Below are positions 1 through 10,810 of a stretch of DNA of 64,000 nt, piece after piece. The DNA comes from Thalia democratica. Taxonomy: Eukaryota. The translations under genes were made by a program, and so were the position numbers. Numbering within the stretch: the stretch's first letter is position 1; every line of letters begins with the position of its first letter. The notes beneath the pieces are model-generated. The model did no database searches, was not told the origin of the DNA, and worked only from the letters and a program-made list of their open reading frames with translations. Location: contig OZ241827.1 in NCBI GenBank assembly GCA_965202585.1, positions 14,818,001 to 14,882,000 on the forward strand. Reading direction: 5' to 3'.

Positions 1-420
1 CAACTTATAAGAAAATAGTATTATTTGTAACTCTTGTTCTCGTTTTTATTCATAAACATTGTCAAAACTTTCCAATACACTAAAGTTGGTTTAGATTGTA
101 TTTAGATAAAGCTGCTATGGAACTTCAAAGATAAACAAAGAAAAACTATGAAATTAAAAAACTTTGACAAAATAACTCAGTGTTTTAGTAATTATGTTTT
201 ATTGATATATGTACAAGTTAACAATTTTACACAAAATAAATGAACATGAAAATTAGCCAAGTAATGTAACAAGTAACGTAACAATCAAAATAAAATTAAC
301 TATAACAAAACAAAAACAAGTTTGAGTTAAACAACCAAGTAAAACTTAGGCTAGTAACCAACTTGAAACTAACAAACGTTCAATCAAAACAAAAACATTT
401 CAAAACAATTTGTTCAGCAA

Positions 421-2560
421 CTAATTACTGAATTCTTTAAACTTGTTTACAAATTTCAAAACTTCTTCACTTTTGACTTCATCACTTGCGGCTTTGCACA
501 AAACTTCAATTTTTTTGTAATTCTCACTAGCTTAGCTATTCCAATTTGAAACATCCTTTTTCAGCGTTTCACCACTTATTTCCGACATCTCATTTTTCAT
601 AAACTCTTCAGTTTTTGCTATCTGTTCGCCATACTCCTTAGCAAAACTTTTAACTAAACTGCATTCCAACTAGTGATGTACCGGACCCAAATCCGGACTT
701 TTTTTTCAAATTAGAATCCGGCCGGAACCGGATCCGGACTTTTTTTTCAAATTAGAATCCGGCCGGAACCGGATCCGGACTTTTTTTTCAAACTAGAATC
801 CGGCCGGAACCGGATCCGGACATTTTTTTCAAATTAGAATCCGGCCGGATCCGGATATCAGACAAAAATGGCAATATCCGGCCGGACCCGGATAGTGAGT
901 GCGGTACATCACTAGAATAAACTAGCCTGAGTCAGAATGAGGTTTTAAATAACTGAAAAAAAAAGAACTTTAATCTAATATTAAGTAGAACAGCTAGCCA
1001 CAAGGTTTACAAATTTAGTTGTTATTTACAATTAAAAATCTGAAATCAAGTTCTTGAAGAAAATACATAAGAAAATTACAAAATATTCAAAACTGGATCA
1101 GCTCAAACTCAAAATCTAAAAGAAAACTAGCCTGAGTTTTTTTAAAAAAACTAAACTAGCCTGAGGCAGTCCAAGGTTTTCTAAAATTCCAAAAAAAATT
1201 CAAACTAGCAGGCTTGCCACTGTTTAAGTCAATAAAACTACCTAGAGTGAGTATAAACAAGCCTGAGTCAGAATGAGGTTTTCAAAAACTGAAAAAATTA
1301 TTTTAATCTAATAATCAGTAGAACAGCTAGCAAAGGTTGACAATTTGGTAGTAAAGTTGTGGACTGATTGTGGTACACTTAACTTATTAGTACTACCCAT
1401 CATAATAAAACCCTGCCTTATTTAATTAATATCTAACAAACGTTAAATTCTAACTGAGACTACTTTCTATAATCAGACACCACAGTTTTGAGTGATGAAT
1501 CTTTTATATAAAACACAACAAGAAATACTAGCATATACAAAATTATTAATTATTTTGGTAACACTTAAAAACTGGAAGCTATTTAATTCTATATCAAAAG
1601 ACTTAAAACAAAAAACTAAAAATTAAATTAAACTATTAGTAATCAAGAAACTGTAAAATTTTTAATAAACTATTTAACTATAAACCTGGATTAAATATTT
1701 AAACAATTAAACACCTGTTGAAATATTCACTTTTGAAAAAAAAACACTACTTACAATAAGCATTCACAAAAACGTTCAAGATATTTTGTTGTTTCAAGCT
1801 GCACACCAAACTAACTAATTGGTTACATATAAACTGCCGGTCATGTTCTGATGTTTTGTTGCATTAGTATTTAGTTTAAAACATTTCGTCATATGATTCT
1901 CATTGGCTTGTACATTCAACCGTGTTAACTCTAAATATTCTCTGAGCTCAACTTTAAACAATAAATAATGCAAGTATTCATTCCAAAGTTTTCAATTTTA
2001 CAACATATGTAAAGAGTTGCATTTCATGAAATGTTTAATTCATAGTTTAAATGTAAACAAATGTAAATTAGTCACGTGTACAAAATAAGCCAATCACGTA
2101 GGTGTTTAATTTTAACTGACAAAAATTACTGTTATTAATTTACACAGGGTTTGTTTTTGAAAAAATAATTTTCAGTATGCTCTTTTTTACTAACTAGATC
2201 CGGGTCCGGCCGGATCTCTGTTAGGATCCGGCCGGACCCGGACTTTTTTTTCAAATTAGAATCCGGCCGGAACCGGACCCGGACTTTTTTTTTTAATTAG
2301 AATCCGGCCGGAACCGGATCCGGACTTTTTTTTCAAATTAGAGTCCGGCCGGATCCGGATATCAGACAAAAATGGCAATATCCGGCCGGACCCGGACCCG
2401 GATAGTGAGTCCGGTACATCACTAATTCCAACTCAATTTCTTTCAAATATCTGATACTTTCTCTAGCATCTGAGATATTCAATTTACCTCCAATTTGCTT
2501 TAGCAACAGTAGCTTTATGTGAGTAAACAAATAGAGTAATATATTTATGAATATCTTTCT
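421..2560 (-). pseudogene. Paralogue D (C-terminal helical domain only), unit 1; nonsense codon plus hAT insertion
   Basis: With 671-2432 removed it reads ...KEIELECSLVKSFAKEYGEQIAKTEEFMKNEMSEISGETLKKDVSNWNS*ASENYKKIEVLCKAASDEVKSEEVLKFVNKFKEFSN*. This aligns to B (WNDKVSEMNQKVEVL) and C (KFIQIYSNQ...VKQWNEKV...DEINTDGLVSYV). TAA at 532-534. Confidence 0.7.
671..2424. mobile_element. Non-autonomous composite hAT-type DNA transposon (1754 bp)
   Basis: 16-bp perfect TIR TAGTGATGTACCGGAC. 8-bp TSD ATTCCAAC at 663-670 and 2425-2432. The empty site (single attccaac) is at ~45023-45030. Subterminal ~41-bp CCGGATCCGGACTTTTTTTTCAAATTAGAATCCGGCCGGAA repeats. No transposase ORF. Confidence 0.93.
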
Positions 2561-4200
2561 ATAACTTTAGTTCAGTTTATTTGCTAAATTGCTTAATAAA
2601 TAGTTAATAGATATTGTCCATAATATTTAAAACAATTTTATTTGCTAATGTTTTAGTTCTGACCAAGTTATCAACTACAAGGTGAATATTTAGCATTGTC
2701 ACGGTTGAATAATTTTTGACTTATGAGCCAAAAATTTACTCAGGCACTTACAATCAGTGTAGTTCTAGTGTTAAAAAAGTTTTGCATTTTGGAATGATGT
2801 AGTCTAACCATGTATATATGTTTTGAAACCAACATTATATGATCTTTCTAAAAGTTAAACAACTACATTAAATATGATGTTACTTGTAGTTTATTGAATA
2901 ATTAACTAGTTGTTTTATTTTCAATTGTCAGAAAAAAAAGTTTTAATTTTTAGTTTAATTTTTTAGTATTAGAATTAAAAATTTTAGCTTGTTTTTTATT
3001 GCATCAGTTGTTAAAATTTATTTTCTTCTTATTTACTTGAAAGAAAATATCAGGATAGGGCTAACTCAAGTTAGTTTAGAACATTTTAGACTAAAGCTTG
3101 TTTTAATGAGTTAGATTTTTTTCTCTCTAGATTTGAAATCGTATATAACTAATTTGATGTTGTTTAAACATTTAAGTTTTATTAACTATTTTATGTTTTT
3201 ATTTTTTAAACTTAACTAGGTATTAAATGTTATTAAAAAGCAAATTACTAGGTTTGCAAATACTAAGATTATAAGGAAAAAAAATTAAATTCTTAGATAA
3301 TTAGGCATTTCGACTAGTTTTAGGTTTTTTAAATAACCTTGATATTTCATTTTTTAAATTTTTTACTAAATTTAGGCTATTTCATATATTTAACTCATTT
3401 GTAAATTTTAGTTTTGACTAAAATTTGTTTTTTTTTTATATCAGGCTAGCTATTGATCTTTGTTGAAATAACTTAGTTGTCTTTACAGATATTTTTAAAT
3501 AGGTTAAAGTAACTAAAAAAAGATTTTTTTCTAATTGTTGTTTAACTTAATGGTCTTTAAAACCTTTACAAATTTCGAATTTTGAAAAAAGTTTTTGAAA
3601 TGTCTATTTTTGTTCAGGCTTCTTATAGTAGCTCATGCTAGTTATTATGTTTTAAACTTGGGCTTTAAATCTATGGTTTAAATTTATTTTTTAAACTTGA
3701 GCTAAATTGTTTTATTTAAATTACTAGCCAACTTTTTTTACCTAAATTATTTTTTCTTTATAAATTTAGTTCTTACGTTTATGGTTATTAAAGTTTAAAT
3801 AGTTAGATTAGTTTTTTTTTATTTCTAGTGTCATTTTTAAGGTTGTCACAGTTTTAGGCTATTAAATTAAACTCAAGTTTATCTAAAGTATTTAAAAAAC
3901 TCAGATCAGTTCAGGCAAGCTTAAACTTAAAAAAAAAACAAGCTAAACTTTAACTAAACTTAAATTAAAACCTGATTTGGATACTATCACTGAATTCATG
4001 GTTGCTAGAAAATCTCCTAGGAAAACCTAGAAATTAAAAATTTACAAAAAAAAACCTTGAAAACTTACATTTTAAGAAACTTTGACAAAATCTAGTAAAA
4101 CCTAGGAGTTAAAAAAAAAACTAAACACCTTAAAAAAATCTGGGATTTTAAATTGAAAATTCTGAAATTAGGATTAGGTATGAAAAACTTATTACAAACA

Positions 4201-4648
4201 GTAGTATTTACTTTTTACTTGGAGTTTTGAATATTATAAATAACAATTTAAAGTAGCTTCACAGTATTTTTCTAAAATTTTGTAATATTTAGACAAGTTT
4301 TTTACTTATATTGGAATTAAACAAAATGAATTGTACTCTTAAAAGATATCTTAAAAGATATCTTAATAGTTATCTCGTATATTAATTAATTTTTTTTTTA
4401 TAAATGTTTTTTTATATTTAAACATTTATTAGAAAAAATAAATTAATAAACGAGATAACTATTTTCCAAGTTTTATAAATATCTTCCAGGCTTTTAAGAT
4501 TACAATTCATTTTGTTTAATTGTAATATTAAACCAAATATAAGTAAAAAACTTTTTTTAATAGCACAAAGTTTTAGAAAAATACTGTGAAGCTACTTTTA
4601 ATTGTTATTTATAATATTCAAAACTTCAAGTAAAAAGTAAAATACTAC
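4201..4648. repeat. ~450-bp AT-rich foldback palindrome (probable foldback MITE), unit 1
   Basis: 4201-4283 (gtagtatttactttttacttggagttttgaatattataaataacaatttaaagtagcttcacagtatttttctaaaa) is the near-perfect reverse complement of ~4565-4648. Pairing continues inward (aatagttatctcgt / acgagataactatt) to a short loop at ~4410-4420. Confidence 0.88.
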
Positions 4649-6695
4649 TTTTTTGTAGTTATAATAGAATTTATAGATTAAAAATTAGTTTTAACTGTAT
4701 TTTTTATCATTTTTAAACTTGTTTTGGATGTATAATCAGGTTTCGTTATAAACAGAGACTAATAAAGCTAAAAGTCAAGTACAAATTATAAACATGGAAG
4801 TACAGGGTTTTTCTGCATCATAACAATATCATAAACAAGTTTAAACTTTACTTTAAAATCTTAAATCATTTATAATTTGTTTATAGTGTTTTTATTAGTA
4901 TTTAATTTATAGTTGTAGTCAAAGCTAATCATTTTGAACTGTATGTACATTTTTATATTATTAATTCTTTCTATTTTTTTTAAACAAAAAATAAAATAAA
5001 AACTAAAAGCATATCATATGCGGGAACAACAAAGGTACTTATGTGATTACAAAAAAAAAATTTTAATCACTTTTGTTGCTCATGGAAACTCCCAGGGCAC
5101 TTTGAAGAATTTGATAGAATGTTCTGATGCGGTTTTACCCCAAATGTAACATCCATTTAATATCTGGAAATTATTTCTGCTGTGAAAAAAAACTTCAACT
5201 TTTTGCTTTTGAGTTAAGTACTGTCATTTGGTGAGCCTAGTAATTAAACCAACAGATTTAAAAAAAGAAAGTTAACAATTTTACAGAGGTTATGTTAGTT
5301 ATAGGAGATCAGTAACACTACTAGATGCAGCTAATAAACACCAAAAAATAATAGGAAAAAATGACTGATCATAAATTTTTAATGCCCTTTCAATGTTTTA
5401 ATATTAAATTACAGTAAACGACATAGACGAATTTATTACCATTATCGATGACAATAATTGTGTAATCCAAAGTAAAATTCTAGCAGAAGCAAACTGTTTT
5501 TTGTTTTCAACGAAAGCGGGCGTTGAAGGAAAAGAGATATTTTGTCAGATGAAGTAATAGATGTTGATATTATCAATACAAGTTTAAATATAAGTGTTCT
5601 TAATGATGACTTACTAATTCTATGGTTTTGGAAGGAAAAAGTTCATTCAGCAGAAAAGAAAGCTGTTGTTAGTAAGATTCATAAAAATTTAAATCTGGCT
5701 TTTAATAACGTTTAAAATGTTTTAATAACAAATTATCAACAAGAAAGTAGTCTGCCGACTTAGAAAGTAGGTTACTATTACAGAAATAATTTATACAGTG
5801 TTTACTTCAACGTTAACTCCACCGTTTGTTATACTCGTTTAATATTTTTCAATTGCCTTCTAGACAATTCTTACCTCCATATTTCAGTTATAAATGATGC
5901 TAATGTAAATACACTGTTCGTTTTTTAGTGTGTAAGTCTTATCAAGAGCTTTTTCATTTTTTTGTATTTAATCATGAGATTTCTAGATGTAAACTACACT
6001 TTTCTTTGTTGTCGTTTAATTTTATCTTGGGTCTTTTTACACTTTATTAGCATTTTAGAATGTTATTTTGTTTTTCTTTTATAGAAATTTATTTTATAGA
6101 AAAACCCTAAGTAAAAACATTAATTTTGTTCATCAATACTAGGCAACAGAGCTGTTTTTAGTTATAGTTAAGAAATACAAACTTGCACTTTAAACAACGT
6201 TTCAACGGAAAGTGCGAATTAGAGAAGAAGAGTGTACATTTAAAAAAAAGTATAGATAATATAGTTTTTTGTAAAGCATATTTTCATATTTACTTACTTG
6301 GAATATAATTGATAATTTATTACTTTTTTACTGCAATTAAAAAAAAACTTTTAAATTTACATAAAACAACTTTTAATTTTTAGATGCTACGAATTTTCTA
6401 TTGTTTTATTGTAAAATCAACATAAGAAAGATATTAACTCTGGCTGCTTATAATAAAACTAGACTAGTATTTATATTTTGTTTTTTAGTTTATCTATCTA
6501 CACGCACAATATTTATTTATAAATGTATATTGTATTTCTGTTTCAATTGTTACTGCTGATAAAAACTATAATCAATTTGTTTGTGAGCATAACTTAATTA
6601 ATAGCTAAACATTGTTTAACTATTATTCATTTATAAAAGTAAACTTAACGTTTCATCAACAAAAAACCTACAATCTAGATTTAAGACTATAAACT

Positions 6696-6921
6696 ATGAG
6701 TACAAGTACAAAATACAAACAAGTTAAATTAGAACTTAGTTCATTGAAGATCCCTGAAAAAAAGAATACTCAACCTGAAAGTTTAGATCAAGAGTTACCC
6801 AACAGTGGTTCATCTTGTACAAGTTCTAAAGGTCATGGTTTTTTGAAGCAATGTAAACAAGTTATTTTGCAACAAACTGATGATACATATCTGCAAAGAT
6901 TTATAAAAATTGGTCAACAAG
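6696..6921 (+). CDS. Probable exon 1 of BACK-Kelch gene, unit 1
   Basis: ATG at 6696 and an open frame conserved in unit 3. The donor CAAG|GTAAAA at 6921/6922 is phase 1, matching the phase-1 acceptor TTACAG|GT at 8276/8277. Confidence 0.65.
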
Positions 6922-8276
6922 GTAAAATAAACTATCAACTATCTTACACACTTTGCTTACTGGCAATTTTATTTTGAAATAATTAAAGTACATAGTAAAA
7001 TATTGCACTATCTTAATTTATAATATCAAAAAATATATTTAGATGTTTCTTAAGCATCAAAATCAAAGTATATTTAGAGTTTAGCATATTATTCTGTTTA
7101 CTAGATAAATTTTCTAATTAATTAAGTTATATTTTCTTAAGTGCTTAAACGTTTCTATTAAAAGTTCTTTAGTCTAATTTCTTCTAAGAAGAAACAAAGT
7201 GTCAAATAAAATTTATACCAAACAATTTGTTTCAAAGCTTTCGTTTATTCAACATATAATTACGGCTGTAAAAAAATCATATTTAAATAAAATTAAATTA
7301 CAAGTAAAAAAGTAAGAATAAATAGATAAACAATAAAATTACTCAAAAATATATAAAAAAGCAACTTTAATGTTTTAGACTTATAACTTTAGATAAAATT
7401 TATAAAAGCTTTAAAAACTTAGGTCAATTTTTTTTTATACACATGAAAATAAACGAATAGCAAAGTAGCGTCATATAGCTAAATTTATACTTTAATAAGT
7501 TATAATAGTTTTTAGTTAAAACCAGTTTATGGTTTTTTACCTAAGTTAGTAATTGACTAAAACTTTTCTACCCAAAACTGTTCTCTATAATCAAAACTTT
7601 AGAAGCTTGGGTTGTTCTAAGAAACCAACCTAATTTGCATTATCGATGTTTAAGTTGTTTAAATTATCATTATGGTTACCTTAGTAATGTCCGTAAAGAG
7701 CAGATTCATCTCGAAGGTTTTTAATACTGATCTTTGACTTTAATTTTTCCAATTGGCCCGATGAGCGGGCAATCTAATGCTGAAACTATCTTATGTCTGT
7801 CCTACATAATCACTACCACAGCTTGTGCGCAATGCTACGTAGATACCAGAACTTTTAAATTTTATCATTGGGAATAACTTCTATTCCTTACTTTGAATGG
7901 TAACAAATTCTTGATATACGCTACATTTGTATTGGGCCGTGATTTTCACATAGTGAGAATTTCTATTAGAGATGATCCTTTGTTTTTGTTTGTCATTTTT
8001 TAGTCATAGATATAGATTAAAACTAGATAAAAATTAGATATAGTTTTAGTTTGAATTGATTTTAAATTAATATTAAAATATAGTTAAGCAGACTAAATTG
8101 ATTGTTACATTTTAGTTATATTACATTCGTGAGCATATATTCTAATACGTATTATAACATTGTAATTTAATAATTAAGTACTCAAAAATTTAACTGTTAA
8201 TTTTAGAATATACTTTTCAATTACTTTTAAAAAACTTAAACAAATATATGTAGGACTTATACATTGTAAATTACAG

Positions 8277-9625
8277 GTAGCCTAGATTCTAAAGAGATTA
8301 ATTTATTATCACTATTGAAAAAGTACAAAATCTCTCTGAATGATGACGTAAGGAATGTTACATACGATTGGATGAAAGATAAAATAAATGTTAACAACGT
8401 CGCAGCTCTGTACTACTCATCACAAATTTTTAGCTTGTCTGAACCATCGTTGCGTTTTATTGAGCGTTGTTTCCCAATGCTTGTTGATTCACGCAAATTT
8501 TTAGAGTTGGACGTTGTGTCAGTTGCGAAACTGCTTTCAAGCAGCGAGTTGAACGTCGATACAGAGTTGCAGGTGTTCAATGCAGCCAACGGATGGTTAA
8601 ATCACTATAAGGAACGTAGCAAACACGCGAGCTATATTTACTCTAAAGTTCGTGCTTCGTTGTTATCAAATGCTGCTTTGAAATATATTTCAAGCAAATA
8701 TAATATTCACCTGCATGCTGATTCTTCCTCTATGAAATCTAGTACTAGGTACTGCGAACAACGTAACTTCAACATAATTGTTTGTGGGGGTCGGGACATT
8801 GATGCACTCGACGCAATCAGCGATGTGTACAGTGTTCAAGCCAGCGATCAATACAGCGTGAGTGTTTTACCACAAACTAAAGCAGGCAGCCGAGAATATT
8901 ACGGTGCGGCTTGCGTAAAAGGCAAAGTTTACGCGTTTGACGGTCAAGATGACAACGGCCGCAGCGCAAAATGCGTTGAAACGTATTCGCCTGCCACTAA
9001 CGCTTGGGAAGTTGTTGCTGACATGGACGTTTTACACTTTTATGACTATTGCGTGTGTTCGTTCATGGACAAAGTTTACCTGATGGGAGCAACTATGAGG
9101 CAAGAGCGCAGCACTTGCATTGAGTTCGATACGAAAAATCTGACGTGGAAGGAGGTTGCTGGAACGAATCAAGAAAGATTGCATGCGGCTTGTGCTGTGT
9201 TTGAAGGAAGAATTGCTTTGTCCGGAGGAGCTTACGGAGCGGAAAGGTTTAACACCGTTGAGGTGTATGATCCTTTCGACGACTCATGGACCTACATGCC
9301 CAACATGGTCAAAAGAAGAAGTTATCACAAATCAGTTGCAGTTAAGAACAAGTTGTTTGTAGTTGGTGGTCCCAATGAACCAACCTGTGAGGTGTTTGAT
9401 TCTTATTCTAGCAATTTTGTTCTTATTGCAACGCCTAATTCTTATAACTACTTACTACGCTGTCCTAGTAGTGTGGTATCAATCGGAAGCAAGCTTGTTT
9501 GGTTTGATGATTTGTTAAAAAGTATTGTGTTTTATGATGTTGAAAACAATAAATGGTCGCAGCAATTACTTGAAGTAACAAAATATGTTTATTTTCATCG
9601 TTATGTTAAACTTCCTCAATCATAA
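8277..9625 (+). CDS. BACK-Kelch repeat protein, exon 2 (spliced product ~524 aa), unit 1
   Basis: BACK signature (KFLELD..V.KLLSSSELNVDTELQVFNAANGWL.H.KER..H...IYSKVR). Kelch blades include IIVCGG, VETYSPATNAW, IALSGG..FNTVEVYDPFDDSW..MPNM..RR and KLFVVGG. The ORF track's start is a TTG, and the frame is open back to the acceptor at 8276. AATAAA at ~9745. Confidence 0.92.
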
Positions 9626-9949
9626 CATATTTTAGATTTATAATAGTAAAAAATCTAAAAACAAACAGATAGAATAATCGTGTAATTTTGGTTTTAACTT
9701 TTATTTAGACTTTTATTTAGATACGTGATGTTTTCATACGAGAAAATAAATATAAAGTATTTTCAAAACATATAATAGGTAATGTAGTTTATATGTGTCA
9801 ATAAAAATTAGATAATAAACATTTCTGTGTCTTATATTTCGTCGAAATTCTTTTTTTAATCGTTCTATTTATATAGTAAAATAATTTTATCATAGTTTAA
9901 AATTAATTCAACATTCTTTTTTTTTTAACTTATCAAGTAGATGCTAAAC

Positions 9950-10463
9950 CAGTGGTCGGCACGGTGTACACTGGTGCACACTAGTATACACGAAATGTTT
10001 TTTAGGATGAACGAAATTTTTAGGGTACACGAAACTCATTTAGGGGTACACGAAATTTTGATATCACAAAAAAATACATAGAGTTAGATCAAGTATGCAG
10101 TTAATATTTAATAAAGTAATTAAAAAATACTGATCTTGGGATTTTGTAGTAATTGCAGAGAAGTGTCCAATTAATAAATATGTAAGATAAAGCCATATAA
10201 CTAAAATATCATCGTGAAAATAAAGTAAAACATATAAAGAGGTCAATTAAAAATAGGACCAATTAAAAAGTTTCAGCTTCAGTTGTTAAATGGTTTGCGT
10301 GTAAATACAAACTGAGTTATGAATTTTAAGGAGAAATGCACTAACAAAAGTGTTTACGTAGTTCGACCACTAGCGGCGTTTATTAAACTTAGATCTAGGG
10401 TTGCACCAATTTTATTTTTTGCAGCTTGGTGTACATAGAACTTGATTAGCTTGCCGACCACTG
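9950..10463. mobile_element. hAT (Charlie-like ends) MITE, 514 bp, unit 1
   Basis: 12-bp TIR CAGTGGTCGGCA; 8-bp TSD TGCTAAAC at 9942-9949 and 10464-10471; no coding capacity. Confidence 0.92.
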
Positions 10464-10810
10464 TGCTAAACCATTTCTTCAAAATGTGTATGCTTGAATT
10501 GATTGAATAATCTTTCTATAGTCAGTTTAAATTTTAATTTTCTTTTTATATATTCATTTATAATTTAGTAAAATTAAATATAAATATGCTATCTACATTA
10601 CATGTAGCTTCCGATATATGTTTACATAAAAATACCCACTTTGTTTAGTTGTACAGTTGTTTCAGTGCGATGTATCACCTAAGCTTGCCAATTTGAAGTA
10701 TTTTTACATATAGCTTAGGTAAATACAAAGCTAATAACAAATAATAGCTTAAAAGTATTGAGAAATACAGCTAAAAAGTTGCAACAGAGTTTGTTCATAA
10801 AATTATTCTA

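Noticed and set aside
680-900. CRISPR-like look of the ~41-bp CCGGATCCGG repeats (also 2190-2410 and 18610-18810)
   Set aside because: The repeats are contiguous without unique spacers, sit just inside hAT TIRs, have no cas genes nearby, and the context is eukaryotic.
3240-4180. Scattered TTAGG/TTAGGC words suggesting interstitial telomeric repeat
   Set aside because: Isolated occurrences with no tandem array.
8277-9625. Poxvirus-like or other viral origin of the Kelch gene because of its long, more GC-rich exon
   Set aside because: There are no viral genes nearby, a plausible spliceosomal intron is present, and the surroundings are host-like. A phylogeny would be needed to revisit this.
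10064-10246. 60-aa ORF conserved at 52325-52507
   Set aside because: It lies inside the hAT MITE, and conservation reflects the recent duplication.
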